Origin: Dipteris shenzhenensis
Taxonomy: Eukaryota
Assembly: GCA_047967505.1 (NCBI GenBank)
Contig: CM106538.1
DNA: 64,000 nucleotides
Strand: one strand, 5' to 3'
The notes beneath the pieces are model-generated. The model saw only the letters and a list, made by a program, of their open reading frames with translations. It was not told the DNA's origin and searched no databases. A program made the translations under genes and the position numbers. This document shows positions 1 through 14,054 of this stretch, piece after piece; the first letter of the stretch is position 1, and each line of letters starts with the position of its first letter.

Positions 1-599
1 CCAACTGTGCGCTCCTGTGAAAGAAGCTTCGATGGCATGCTGGAAACAGTAGAAGACGGAGGCTGGATGTTAAGGAATCAGGGTTGCTGTAGCCAGTGAT
101 GAAATGGGCTTCACGGGCTTGCTCTTATATAGCCACCAATCATAGTCGGTTAGGCTCAATTGGGTGATCGACCTAGTCCGCCCAAAACGGTCGACTGGGG
201 GTCAAAATAGGCCACCGACCATACAATAGAACCGGTGCGCAAAATAGAGCAACTAACCTACGGTTACTGTTCGGCCTAGAGCCAATCTGGGATCTCATCT
301 GAGGCTCCAAACGGGCCCCACAACCCGAGAGTGGGCTGCCCCGAGAAATGCTCCGTCTACCCTCAGTGCGGTCAGTCAAGGGATGCCTTCCCGCACTTGG
401 ATGTAGCCTAGTTAGCGGTGTGCCAACTCTATCTGAAGCTGTCTAGCCATCAGGCCACACATGGCCCCCATCTGGTGTCCAAACCAAGACCTACCGGATA
501 ACCGAGCTCCTCAAATGCCTTCTCCTCATATGGGGGCTTACAAGTAGAGTTAGCTGGTTCCCGCGTAGTTACACGAGAGTGGAGCATTGATATCTAACA
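1..599 (-). repeat. 3' LTR of copia A (partial)
   Basis: Aligns with 4720-5323; begins TGTTAGATATC on the minus strand directly after the purine tract TTGAGGGGGGGG. Confidence 0.93.
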
Positions 600-639
600 C
601 CCCCCCTCAATGTCCACCCGCAAGTGAACTTACTTTTCC

Positions 640-3600
640 AGCCCAATGCCAAGTCAATGAAGATGCCTCTCCAGTAAGTCTCTTCCAAGAGCCCTACACC
701 AAGTCGACCTCTCCATCCATGATCGCGTACAAAGTGATATTGAATCTCAATGTGTTTTGTGCGAGTGTGGAACACCGGGTTCTTTGCAATCGCCATGCAA
801 CTTTGATTGTCACATGATAACTGCGTAGGCTTGTTTTGCACTGCACCCATGTCCCGCAAAATCCTCCTCAACCATACTGCCTCGCAACAAGCAAAGCATG
901 CATATACTCAGCCTCGGTAGAAGAAAGAGCAACTATGGGTTGCTTCTTGCTAACCCATGACACAGCTCCAAATCCAAGTGAGAAACAGTAAGGTGTCACT
1001 GATCTCTTGCTGTCCACGTCTCCTGCCCAATTCAAGTCACAGAATCCGGTCAAGATGTTGCCCTTGGTATAGGTGATGCCATAATCAAGTGTGCCTTTGA
1101 TGTATTTCAGCACCCGCATCCCTGCCCTCCAATGGTTCTCCCGGGCTCATTGGAAAACCTGCTTAGTACACCAGTCACACAACTGATGTCCGGCAGTGTG
1201 TTGCACAAGTAAATCAAGCTGCCCACAAGCCTTCTGTACTTGGCTTCATCCACCAGTGGTGATGAATCCTCGTTTGAGAGCTTCGCATCAACCTCCATAG
1301 GGGTACCAACTGTCTCGCACTCAGCCATGCCAAATGCCTTCAGTATCTCTCCAGCATACTTCAGCTATGAAATGAAGATCTGTTTCGGCTCCTGCCAAAC
1401 TTCAATCCCCAAACAGAAATGCATCAGTCCAAGGTCTGTCATTTCAAACTCTCTTCCTAGCAAATGCTTCATCTGCGAGATCTTCTCTTCATGGTTCCCT
1501 GTTATGACAAGGTCGTCCACATAAAGGACCATGATCGTACACCTGTCTCCTTCTTTGAAAATATACAAATTTGCATCAGATGGGCTCCTCCTGAACCCAT
1601 TTCACAGAAGTAGGCATCAATTCACTGGTACCACGCTTGTGGAGCCTGTTTCAGCCTGTAAAGTGCCTTCTTCAGTTTGTAGACTTTACCTTCTGAACCG
1701 GGGATCTCAAAACCTGGTGGTTGTTCCATGTATACCTCCTCCTTCACATCTCCATTCAAAAAGGCGGATTTCACATCCATCTGAAACACGGGCCAACTTC
1801 TATGAATTGTGGTTAGTCGAGCTGTGGGAGCAAAAGTATCTTGATAATCAAAACCATGTACCTATGCAAATCCTTTTGCCACGAGCCGAGCCTTGTACTT
1901 ATCCAACGTGCCGTCGGACTTGTACTTGGTCTTGTACACCCACTTGGTTCCTATTACCTTGTGTTTTGGTGGTCGATCCACAAGGTCCCAAGTGTTGTTC
2001 TTCATTATGGAGCCATACTTTGACTGCATAGCCTCCATCCACCTATCATTGCCCTATGCCTCTTCAAGACACTTGGGTTTATCAGCACGGATGACTTCTG
2101 TCATCAAAGCATAGTTGACCAAGTGTTCCTATGCCCTTCTTTGCTCCTCTAATCTCTTGGACCGCCGGCAGTGTTCGGATGGTTCCTTCTCAATGGCTGG
2201 AGGTTCTCTGCCATCCAAAGGCTGCTTTACCCACTTCGGGAATGGCCATTGCCATTGTGGTTATGCAGACTCTTCTTCATCTTCTTTGTCTTGAATCCTC
2301 CCAAGCACCGTTGGGGGAGTTTGGTCTGCTGTTGGTGGCAGTACTGGATGGATATCCTGGTCCTAGTTGTCTGGGAAGGAAGCATCCTCCTCCAATTGAT
2401 GCAGCTGTTCTGAGAAGACCACATCGCGACTTACAATTACCTTCTTGGTAATAGGGTTATAGAGACGGTAACCCTTCGCCTCTTCACTAAAGCCCAAGAA
2501 AATACACTTCCGGCTCTTCGGTTCCCATTTGGTCCTGGTAGCATCAGGGACATGCACAAACAGTCACATCCAAAAACTCTGAAATGTGCAGCTAAAGGTT
2601 TCTTACCAGAAAAGGCTTGCAGTGGAGTCATCTCGTTCACAGCCTTCGTGTAGCTACGATCTAGGATGTAAACTGCATTGTTATATGCTTTAGCCCAGAA
2701 AGTCTTTGGCAAATCTTTCCCTTTCATCATACTCCGGCCCATCTTGTGTTCTGCTACTCCATTTTGCTATGATGTATGTGGCGGGGGTTTCTGCCTCTTG
2801 ATTCCGTGACTTTTGCAGTAACTTTCGAATTCAGTCGATGTCAACTCTCCACCTCTGTCTGATCTCAACTTCTTCACCTTCCTCCCCGATTCTTTCTCGA
2901 CCATTACATGCCATTCCTTGAACCTACTGAAAGCCTCGTCTTTTGTCTTCAGGAAGTATATCCATATCCTTCTACTGTAGTCGTCGATCAGCATCATGAA
3001 GTAGTAGGAACCACCCAAAGCTTCCGTCTCCATCTTTCCGCAGAGGTCCGTGTGAATGAGCTCTAGAGGAGCCTTTGCCCTGCTGGCCTCTTTAGGAAAG
3101 GGATGCCGATGCTGCTTGCCCATCATGCAAGCTTCACATACATCGGGCAGATCTGAAATTTCTGGTAGGTCTGCAATCATTCCACTTTTATGAAGGTTTA
3201 GATGACCAAACCTCTCATGCCACAGCTTAGTGTTCTTCACATCCGCTCGAGCACTGAAAGCTGAGAGTTCGTAAATGTTGTTGCACTGTGTACTTTTACC
3301 AACGAGCTTTCCTTGAAGATCCAGAATCTCTGCATCATTCTTATCGAATTGAACTTTGAGGTCCCGATCCGTGATCGCGGAAACGGACAACAAGTTCCTC
3401 TTGATATCTGGCACATAAAGAACATCGGACAACTGTTTTACAACTCCATCTGACTTGAGAGCAATCGTACCTTTTCCTTTTGCTAGACATTTCGCATCAT
3501 TGTCGACTACTACCAGGATGTCATTCCCTGCCGGCTGTAGAGAGGTATACCAATCCTTACGACTGGTCATGTGGCGCGATGCACCACTGTCAATGATCCA

Positions 3601-4542
3601 TGGTTCATCCACAGGTATATGAACTGTCTCCGTGCAAATCTCCTCAATTGCGACGAACAGCTCTACTGGTACTGCCTGCGCGCTGTTGCTGGACTCTTTC
3701 TTTACTCTATTCTTCTCATCTGCAATCTTCTTTCGGCACTCATTCTGCTTGTGCCCTGCCTTGTTGCAATAGAAGCACTTGATCTTCTTCTTTCTCTTTT
3801 TATCATCAGAAGAAGATGGGTTACTAGAGTCCTTACCCTTACCTTTCTTTGATCCGGTCCAAAAAGCCGAATCTTCTCCAATCCTTGTCTTTTGACGCAT
3901 CTCCTCCTCCAGAAGCATCGCGCTGAAATCCTCAAAGTTGAGGGGCGGATTTTTGTTTTGCGTATTCAGCGCCGTAACAATACCGTCATACTTTGGTGGG
4001 AGAATCTATATACACCTTTGTGCTAGATTCTCGCTGGTGATGGTGATGCCAACCGCAGTCATCTGATCGCGCAGATTCTTCACCTTGGTGATGAACTTCT
4101 CTACTGCTTCAGACTCAGACACCTTCTCGTTCGCGAGTTGAGTCTCCAGATTCTGAATCTACATCTGATTCATGGTCTCGTACTGATTCTTCAAGACCGT
4201 CCATGCCTCCTCCACTGTGGTGACATGTTGAATTAACCCCATGACGGAATCACTAACACTGCAGACAATAGAACACAACGCATCTGCATTTCTTCTTGTC
4301 CACTCGAGAATCTCATCTGCAGTTGGTACTATCTGTTGTCCTGCATTGGCTGGATCCGGTCTCACAATCGGCCTCACGTCCACCCCAGTAGTAGTGTCCC
4401 AAAGCTCGTATGCGCTTAGGATGGTCTTCATCTTGAACTTCCAGAGTGGATAGTTAGAGCCATCCAACTTTCCGCTTTCGCCAAACGCGGTGGGATTCGC
4501 AGTCTTGCGGGCTGGGCCATCTCTCACAATCTGCTCGTACAT
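640..4542 (-). pseudogene. copia gag-pol with frameshifts and stops
   Basis: LDGSNYPLWKFK (gag), CFYCNKAGHKQNEC (zinc knuckle), WIIDSGAS (protease), LWHERFGH..CEAC, HTDLCG and LRSDRGGE (integrase), LYVDDL (RT), LSSTEAEY and CDNQS..TKHIEIQYHF (RNase H), split over many ORFs. Confidence 0.93.
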
Positions 4543-4578
4543 AGAAACACACTACCAAATCTTCTTGCTAGAGTCTAG

Positions 4579-4590
4579 GCTCTGATACCA
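4579..4590 (-). promoter_or_regulatory. primer binding site (tRNA-iMet) of copia A
   Basis: + strand GCTCTGATACCA reads TGGTATCAGAGC on the minus strand, immediately next to the LTR. Confidence 0.93.
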
Positions 4591-5323
4591 TGTAAGAAAA
4601 TAATAATACGTCTGTGCTCAACAGATAACAGGATCTCGTACGCAAGAGAGAAAACAAGATAGTATGGAGAATCAAAATTTTGATTACTGTAGAGCTGATA
4701 CAATAGATGGCGCTGCCTCCCAACCGTGCGCTCCTGTGAAAGAAGCTTCGATGGTGTGCTGGAAACAGTGGAAGACGGAGGCTAGATGCTAAGGAATCAG
4801 GGTTGCTGTAGCCCTTGATGAAATGGGCTTCACGGGCTTGCTCTTATATAGCCACCAGTCGTAGTCGGTTAGGCTCAATTGGGTGACCGACCTAGTCCAC
4901 CCAAAACGGTCGATTGGGGGTCGGTCCTGAAATAGGCCACCGACCATATGATAGAACCGGTGCGCAAAATAGAGCAACTGACCTACGGACACCATTCGGC
5001 CCAGAGCCATCTAGGATCATCTGAGGCTGCAAATCGGGCCCCGTTACCCGAGAGTGGGCTGCCCCGGGAAATGCTCCGTCTACCCTCAGTGCGGTCAGTT
5101 AAGGGATGCCTTCCCGCACTTGCATGTAGCCTAGTTGGCGGTGTGCCAACTCTATCTAAAGCCGTCCAACCATCAGGCCACACATGGCCCCCATCTGGTG
5201 TCCAAACCAGGACCTACCGGATAACTGAGCTACTCAAATGCCTTCTCCTCATATGGGGGGCTTACAAGTAGAGTTAGCTGGTTCCCGTGTAGTTACACGA
5301 GAGTGGAGCATTGATATCTAACA
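4591..5323 (-). repeat. 5' LTR of copia A (733 bp)
   Basis: TG...CA termini; adjacent to the PBS; near-identical to 1-599 and 35893-36616. Confidence 0.95.
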
Positions 5324-5724
5324 TAGGGTTTCTAAACTAGTTTTCTCTCCTATTATCCAAGCTGTAATTGTTCACATATTCTAATATGTCAAATCAAGCC
5401 GTCTTGACATACTCAATGATGTAATCCAATGGGATCTTTGCCATCTTTGAAGACCTGTGTACCAATAGATTCCCCACACATTACATTGATTAATATGATA
5501 GGTTAGTTGTATGATAGTTATGGCTAGAGGAGGTAGGCATTGGCAAGGAAATGCATTTTGGTTGGTTTAGGATTGACTGCAACCCCCACAAAATATAACC
5601 TTTAGTAAATACGAAACAACCACCGCGCTTGTTTCAGTAAATCCCAATCAATAAATCCCAAACAAGGGAAAATGTAAATCCCAAATAGTATAGTAATCCC
5701 AAACAACCACCGAGCTTGTTTTAG

Positions 5725-6195
5725 TGACAATGACTATGCATGAGGGACCATCTAATTCATAGGTTCAAATTAGCATTTAGTTGGAATCAGACCGTAAGAA
5801 AAATGGTTGTGCATGAGGGACCATCTAATTCACAGGCTCAAATTAGCATTGAGCCGGCGCAGACTATAATAACAATGACTTTGCATGGGGAACCATCTAG
5901 TTCACAAGCTTAGATTAGCATTCAGTTGGTTCATCAGGCTGTAATAATAATAGTTCTCATTCTTATGACCGAGAACTATTGTTATTACAATCTGATGAAC
6001 CGACTCAATGCGAATCTGATGTCCTATTTTGATCTTGCCTTTCTTTAGTCGAATGTCATAACAATGACTTTGCATGAGGGGCCATCTAGTCACAGGCTCA
6101 GATTAGCATTTAGTCAGAATCAGACTATAATAACAATGACTTTTCATGAAGGACCATCTAATTCGCACGCTCAGATTAGCATTAAGATAGACTAT
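5725..6195. repeat. degenerate ~72-bp tandem repeat, about 5 copies, interrupted
   Basis: ACAATGACTTTGCATGAGGGACCATCTAATTCACAGGCTCAAATTAGCATT recurs near 5727, 5800, 5871, 6061 and 6133. Confidence 0.8.
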
Positions 6196-9100
6196 AAGAA
6201 CATATCAGACTATTATAATTTTTTGATTACCGAGAAATTCTCCCATGGCAACCATCTAATCGCATGCCATGGCTAGACGACTGCGTTGTTGATGATGATA
6301 AGATTGTGTCTCATTATTACGCCAATGTGGCAATCATGGTGTCGAAAAAACTTTCGATGAGAGTGCGGGTCCGCACAAAATTCAAAATCTCACCCACCAA
6401 CGCATCGCATCGCGGTCCCAAAATGGCCCCGAAAATTGTTTTGCAATTGGCTACACCCAAGCAAATGTTGACCCTCTATCTAGTCAACGGTTTGAGTATT
6501 GTCGTGTATTGATGCATTGGATAGTACGCTCATTGGTTGTTCTCCCTTAAAGCCACATTAGCCTTTAAGTGGGTGGTTGTGGGGTTAAAGGCCCATGTGC
6601 CTAGGTAACCCCGGTTATACAGATGTCCATATATTCAAACATATAAATAAGATCATACAGATGATTAGGGTGATCTTGTACCCACCAAACCACTAGCTCT
6701 TGTTTTGCTCCTTCTCTCCCTTCCTGTAGGTTTTCGTTGTGCGCTCATGCAAAGTTTCCTTCTTCTTCCTTGTCATTTGTCTTGTGATTGCCCCTACTCC
6801 CTTGCTCCCATGCCCTTTCCTCATGCTCTCTCCTCCCTTCCTTCTCCCTCTCCCCTCTCTCTCCCCTTCCCCATGGAGTCACTTGCACATAATTTGGTAG
6901 ACGCTTGGGTGACAAAAGTGGGTGGTTTGTGCATATGGAGCTCCCACAAGGAGTTGTTCAAGAGTAGAGGCTTCAATAGCATCCCTCAAGATCCCCATGA
7001 CATGTGAGTCAGTGCCAGAGACTACACAGATTGCCTTTGCTTTAGCTTGCTTAGGAGCATAATCAGTTGCAACAATCACATATTTATTTTGATTTATAGT
7101 TGTTTTGAAAGGACCAATGAAGTTTTGGCCCCATCTGCATATGATCTAGTGGAAGCATCCTTCTTGTACACTGGCAAGCATTACACTGAACTAATAAAGG
7201 CATGGGCATCTCAAAATAGTGTACTCCACCATAGTCCTGCCTGCAAAACTTTTCAAGCTCTGAGGTCTCTTGCAAAACAACCTCCAATAAGGCCTTTAGG
7301 AGCCTCAGCAAGCACCATGGGTCGCTCGTGGGGACTCAACACTTTCAGTGTGTCACTCCCCAGCAGAATCGCCAAATGTTAATGGCTTTTAGTCCTGTTT
7401 TCAAGTTAACTAGCTATCACTCTTGACCAAGTTCCTGAGCACACAAGCATACAACGAAGATGCTCACTCTTGCAATCTGCAGGTTGTTGTGCAAGGCTGA
7501 AAGTCATCATGGAAACAAGAGAAATAGATGTCAAAAACTTACAAAGGGGCAACACATCGAGCATGCAAACTGTATGAAATGGAAAGAGACAGACAATTGT
7601 AGAAACCCAGTATCAATTATATCATGAAAAAATCCTTTGATACAATAGCTCGTACCTGCTCAGTCACAACAGTTCCACTCAATAGTCACTCGGACTCACT
7701 CGCCCTAGGCGTCGATCGTCTTAGAAGCTCTATGAGCCCTTACACAATAGCCTATCTCTCTGAAATCTCCCACTAACTACTTACTACCTACTTTCTATTA
7801 CAATTGAATACTTTATCTAAAGGAAAGCTTGCATACTTCCTAAGGCGAGTTCACTGCCTTCTAAACTACCATAGCTAATTTGATGAACCACATTCTGACA
7901 TTGGCTGGCCTTGCTGGAATCTTGCCTCACACTGAATCTTTGGAGCTTGCACTCGTCAACACCGCCGGCATCTTGGTTGCTTCGACATCGCCTACCACCT
8001 CAGCTTGGTAGTCTCAGTTCTACATGATTTCACCAAACCTGAGCTGCCTGTTAACTAGGGGTTAACAATGACTAACTGTACACTACTTGAATGAAACTTA
8101 ATTACATATATTCCAACCCTTAGGGTTTGTGTAAGCGGTATCCCTTGTGAATACTCTCCCTCCTATTGAGATTGCCAAATGGGTGGCTACAAAGGGCTTA
8201 TTTTTCTCGGGAGAGGGGTGTTATGTGTTGCTTATGGTTTCATTGCACGAGTGTGAATTCTTCTTTGGCCTCTATGCATTTGAATTCTCTTTGGTTCTAC
8301 GCAAGATTAGACACAAGCTCACCTTTGTAGGAGGTGGGAAAGTGCATGCAAGTGAATCATTTCGGTGGTCTCCCACTATCACATGCTAGCTCCTTCTCTC
8401 CCAAAGTAAACTTAATTCATTCGACACCTCCCCCTCTCCCGTCTCCCCCTCTCCCCTCTCCCTCTCTCCCCCTCTCCCCTCAAGCTACCCCTGTACCCCC
8501 GTGACCTCTGAGGCATGCTAGAGATTGAAGCCCTTCCTGTCCCCCCAAGTTTTATCTCCCTATTCACTTTCTCCCCATCTCCTCGCTTTGGAGGGCCTTC
8601 CTCTTGCTATGGCTATTAATGTACCTCACTCCATAATGACGGGCTTGTGTGGTGATGCCCCCCAAGCTACCCAATCTCCACTATTGCACTCTTCAAGCAC
8701 TCTTAGTGAAGTGATGAGGGCTTTGAATATTTCATTTTAGCAGGATACCTTAATTGAGTGATAGTTTATCCACAAGAGTGGATCCGAGCCATCTATGTAG
8801 CTTGCGTGGCCACCTATGTGTCTAAATTCCTTTGTTCCATAACCTAATTATTCCTCTACGTGCTTTCCTTTGGCATTCGAATGGCTATCTGCTTGGATCA
8901 TTTGGTGTTTTTCTTATCACTTCTGCACATTGGATAGCGTTTCTTCACAAAAGATTCTAGGCCCATTAAGGTGACTCAATTGCTTGGCTTAAATTTCTAA
9001 TTATTTCTAAGGGTAATAGTTAATTGCAAGGCATTTTCTTTCGTGTAGGAGATTTGGAGTCTTGTAGTTCCTTGAATTAGCTCTCACTAGCAGCTCGTTG

Positions 9101-10356
9101 AGTGTTTTAATAAAGAAAGGGGATTATAGACTTAGTTGTTAATATTTGTAATAGGCCATTTGGGTATTTGCTACAATGTTATGCTTGTGGGATTGGTCTT
9201 TTTCCCTAACACATAAGAGTGTCCTTTGTTTCTATTTGTGCATCACGAGTATAAAGTTTGTCCCTTGAAGGCCTTGGGCATATCACTCCATATGTAACTA
9301 GAAACCAACATAGTGTTTAGAGAAACCCTCTTGGCTCTCATCGGAGCTTGAATGCTACAAACAAGCCCCAAGAGGGGTGAAATAAAGTGTGCCTTTGCTT
9401 GGTGTAGCTCATGGCCTTGGTCCCTACAAGGTCACGTCATATCCTTCCCTACATGGGGATGGCATTGAATGCCGGGCCGTCCCCATAGAAAACTTGCACC
9501 ATGTACTCCTTTTTCAAACATTTTTGCTCTCAACAGTATCCTAGACCACTTGCATTGCACCTTTACTTATGTGGGAGATTCTCAACATTATCCTAGACCA
9601 CTTGCCTTGCACCTTTGCATATGTGGACCATTGGACTTCACTCGCGCCATCTGCAAGCTTCAATTCTTCCAGCTACAGTTCAAGTTTTTATATTTTTTGT
9701 TGGATTTTATTGGCTAAAAGCAAGTCTACGAGCACAAGGGGCTAGCACCCTGAGAGTCATCTGCCGGTCCTCATTGGAAGCTGAGGTAGGGGGCCTATAC
9801 TTCCCTTAGACTAGCTTCACAAGGGAGTTTTGCATTTAACGGGGCAGTCCCCATAGCATTCTTCATTAGCCCTGCACAAAAGACAATTTGGGGGGTGCCT
9901 GGAGGTCCTACATTAGATTCATATGGGTTGGGGCCAATTTTGAAAAGGGAGTAGAAGGTTAGTGAGTGCGGGTAGAGGGGTTGTAATAGTACGTTCCCAC
10001 GCTTGGGAAACCCAACAAAAATGTTGGAAATGCCTGAGCTGTGAACCCTTCCCCTTGTATGGCCCAGGAATTTAGGAACGCCTACAATGCTGCGGTGGAG
10101 ACTGGGAAAATTCCTTTGCACTTGAGCATTACGGGGTTAGCTTAAAAAAAAACGATGCATGGGAGCTCATATACAGCTCCAAAGTAACAACAATAGCAAG
10201 CCGAAGGCAAATTTTACTCCATGGCTCTCGAGGAAATGCATGCTAGGCCATGTGGCATATTTGAGAACGGTGGGAAAGCCCCCTAAACTAGATAACTTGC
10301 CTATGGGGACACCTTGAGTCCATTGGACCATCATCTCGCGTCCATGTGACAGCACC

Positions 10357-11128
10357 TTGAAAAGATGGGCTATGGGGACGACCTCTATAATAAGAGCAAG
10401 TTCACATGGCTATGCAAGTGCTCATGAGGCACTAGCGATGGGGCTGTCGGGTTGTATGTTGGTTTTGTTGCACACTTTGGAGCAGCAGAGCGCGTATCAC
10501 CTGCTGGCTTCGAGGAGGCTGACGAACAAACAATTCTATCTTGACCTCCATCAAACAGTATCTTCTCTCCATCCGTCAAAGAATAGCCTTGGTTTTCATT
10601 AGCTGGAGCAGCGAATCTTAACCATTTGGATTATCATACATCGTTGATGGCAGTAACAGCTTGGATCAATGATTCACTCACTTGTTCTTCCCGCTACGGA
10701 CGCAGGTCTACACTCTCGAATTTCTAGAGAGGTATATTGCTGCCGCTGCCTGCACGCTTCCGTAAACCTTTTGCAGACGGCCGCATTTAATAATACTCAA
10801 AAGCTGGAGCTCGTCGAAATCGGGATGCGCTCCCACATCATCAATGAAGAAAAAGGTTGATACGCGGACCGGAGTTTAAACCAAGGTCCATGACCTTATT
10901 GACGAGTCAAAAAAGCGCATAACACACCCTAAATAGTAAACCCCAGGGCTTCCTCAAATTTTTGCAATTTTACATTCGTTGCGAGGAAAAGGCACTTGGG
11001 CCGCGGGCGGCTGCCGCCACGTCTGTTGAGAAGAGGATCGTGGTGCCCCTGCGGATTTGAGACAAGGTTCATTTACGGAACCACGACTTCCAAGGAGTTG
11101 GGCAGCAGCAGCGGCAATCAAGATTCAT
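10357..11128 (-). other. possible spliced exons of a small unknown gene or pseudogene
   Basis: Phase-compatible GT-AG exons at ~10972-11128, 10681-10749, 10502-10603 and possibly ~10357-10385; one in-frame TGA at 11069-11071; no recognisable domain. Confidence 0.25.
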
Positions 11129-11704
11129 CAAGAGAGAACATGGAGTGATGGTAAAGTCGGAACAACCCAAATGAGCGAGTAGTGACAAGATGTCCGAGAG
11201 GAGGGAATGAAGAGCAGAGACGTGGAGATGCGAAGGGCGAGCGACGCATCATAAAAATCATCAAGCAAGGGAGCTGGTGCAGGAATTGAGTTCAGCAAAG
11301 GCAGAATTTGAGAGGGTAAAGGGGTTAGCAGAAATTTCACCAAGGAAGCATTTTTCACCGCTAGGTTAGGGGGAAGGGGTAAAAGTAGAGGAGCTGATGG
11401 CGGCAGGGCACGTTGGGTGGTACAGTCATTGACCAAGAAAGCGGTGGAGGGTTGCCAAATTCAGCAGAGCTTTTGTCGATTGTGTGTTTGGGTGCCCGTC
11501 TTGTTGTGTGCATGGGAGAGTCCCCCATGCAATGCACCTCGCCTCCCTCTCTTCTGCGTCGCCTCATCCAACTTAGTAGCATCCCCATCGCCCTCTTTCT
11601 TCCTTCTTGCTCCTCGTTTCTATCTTGTTTTCCAGCCAGATCTTCCCCATTGACCATCCTTGCTTCCTCGCCGCTTTCCCACATCAGTGGATCGTTCATC
11701 AAAC

Positions 11705-13047
11705 ATGGGAACTAGTTGTTGTGGCTTCCCGGTTTGCCTCTCCGGCATCCAGATTTTGCCTCAGGTGCTTCCTAATCATCCTGACTCGTTGCCATCTGTC
11801 CTGTGTTTTGCAGTTGCGCTCTCCACTCTTGCGATCAGTCCTTGCTTCAACCTGCCGTTCTTTCTTTTCTTGCGATCTTGAGATCGCTCTGTACTTTTGT
11901 GCTAAATCATCTTTCTGCTCTTCAATGTTTCCCTTCCGTGTCGATTTACTTTGTGTGCCCTGGAGTTTTCCGACTCCGTTGACTTTATCTGAACGGATTT
12001 AATGGTCATGTTTCTTCTGCAGGCACGCCCACCTCATCAGCAAGTGCGCTCCTCGTCCGGGCTAGGCATCAGAGTGCGCGCTTCCAGGCATGGAGCCTCG
12101 ACCTTCTCAGATGCCCCAAATTTGGCTTCAGATAGCCATGTTTCACGCAGTTTGAGCAGCCCATTGGCTCACCAGGCAGGCACAAACCAAAGGCAAGCTG
12201 TTGGCCTTCTCCTTACGATGAGATGTTTTATTTGTCTTGACCGTCATTGTTTCTTATGTGTTTGTAAATGTATTACAGAGACGATGAACGCACAACGGAG
12301 ACTGAAGGGAAAAGTACTACGGATGTTGGGGATTCTGGATACTCTTTGAATAGAGGGGAGATGAAAGTACGTACCACGGACGTTGGGAGGTGTGGATACT
12401 CTTTGAGTTGCAAAGGGGAGATCAAAGCACGGTGGCCTAGACTTGCTGTTGCCAAGGAGTAAGTAAACGCTTTTCTTCAACTCTTTCGTGTTGAATTGTG
12501 AACATTCTCTCCAAGCGAACGGCATTGTTCTAATAGTCAGTTTCGTGATCTGGGGCTATCTTTATTTACTTTGCCACTTTTGTATTTATGAATCATAGTG
12601 CATAGCGTGTATTGCTCAATTCTGTGCTGGTTTTGCCTGTTAACACTTGCTCAGCCTATCCAAATTCCTCCCGATTCATGACAGCTGAGACACATTGTTT
12701 TTTGCCTTTGTAGAATGGCTGATATAGATCGAAGGCGGGAGGCTATAAAGAAACAGCGCCACCTCCAAAACGTTATACACCTGATGGAGGAATACCGGCT
12801 TGTTTGCGAACAGAATAGGTTAATTTTAGCATGCTTTGAAAGGCAAACCAATCTAAACAATAATTTCTGTGCGAAAGCAGCATGAATTCAGCATGAATAT
12901 AAAACTGCTTGCTTTGTGATCGTATGCCTGAACTGTCAGTTCAAGCAGCCCGGCCCAATGCAGGCCATTATGCACCTTTGGTGCTGTGTTTGTAGGGGTA
13001 TCAACTTCTCTGTGACAAGATGTACAAATGGGAATTCAAAAGCTTAG
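11705..13047 (+). CDS. putative 5-exon orphan gene (~188 aa) starting MGTSCC
   Basis: Exons 11705-11764, 12023-12192, 12279-12458, 12714-12818 and 12996-13047 splice into one open frame; intron 2 uses an AAG|GCAAG GC donor; no homolog recognised. Confidence 0.45.
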
Positions 13048-14054
13048 ACCTAAGATTTCAGTTTGTCAGGGGACTACTGCCCATTTTGCGCCATCGCAAG
13101 TTTGTATTTGCCTCTGAGGCTTAACTGCACCCATGATTAATATTGCCAGAATTCTGCATTTGACATTTTTCTTTCTTGTAACTACACGTTGGATCTCAGC
13201 CTTAACTAGGTTTTACCCTCGTGGCTCTTATAACTACACGTTGGATCTCAGCCTTATTTGGGATTGACTCTTGAACATTTACTGAAGGAACTGTTTTTAC
13301 TATTTTCAATTTGTCTCTAAACTATCTGAGCTCATGCTCAACTTACAGCTGCTCAATCCTCAAACGCATGTTGATAAAAAAGGGACGAGCTTTAGTCACT
13401 TGTATTAATACTTGAAAGGGCTTCCGTTGAGCCCTCACGTATATCTATTGCAGAGTTTTTGTTGAAGAAGTAAATAATCTATAAGCGAACCAAGGTATTT
13501 GTTGCTTTGCCCTAGTACTGCTTATATGGAGAGGCTTTTTAATTCGCGCTTGAAGCTTAAAATTAAAGATCATGGAATTGTCGAAGCTAGTAGCATTCCA
13601 GGGTGCATCATTTTCCGATTCCTTGAGCTTTACATTCAATACTACTTGGAAAGAGTTGTTCCCTGGGATGATCATGCACCGTTAGAAACCTGGGAGACTC
13701 TTCTTGGTTGAAGGTCATGTTTTCATATGTGAGGTGGATAGACTTTGTAGTGCTTGTCTATGCTTGGCAGAAGGTCAACGTATTTTAAGACTTTGTGCAG
13801 TCTTTAAAGAAATCAGAAGTTTTACTTGCTATGCAATGTTGTGTCTGTTGTCTAGTTGAAGTGATGATAAGGCTGTTTTTTTGTTTGCTTTTAAACGTGG
13901 TGCATAAAATCATGTCGACCCAGGTGATGTGTGCAAATAGACGTGAAGAAGGTGCCCCTTTTACAGCTCAACTGGGAGGCTGTCTCAAATGTCAGTCTAG
14001 AATCTTCAGAATTCATTTCTCTCAGGTGTCAATGTTGGTGGGGTCTCGGAGGTG

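Larger units (their letters stand above)
1..5323 (-). mobile_element. Ty1/copia LTR retrotransposon A, degenerate; 3' LTR cut by the window start
   Basis: Matching LTRs (1-599 and 4591-5323), tRNA-iMet PBS, PPT at ~600-610, and gag-PR-INT-RT-RH order on the minus strand. Confidence 0.96.

Noticed and set aside
4789-5271. ORFs recurring at 173-379, 4789-5271 and 36183-36564
   Set aside because: They recur only because they lie within copies of the same LTR
6500-9800. Solo LTRs or a gene
   Set aside because: Looks like decayed repeat DNA, but no termini, TSD, PBS or protein motif could be supported
9795-10121. Ubiquitin-conjugating enzyme suggested by GPPGTP
   Set aside because: No YEGG, HPN or catalytic Cys context
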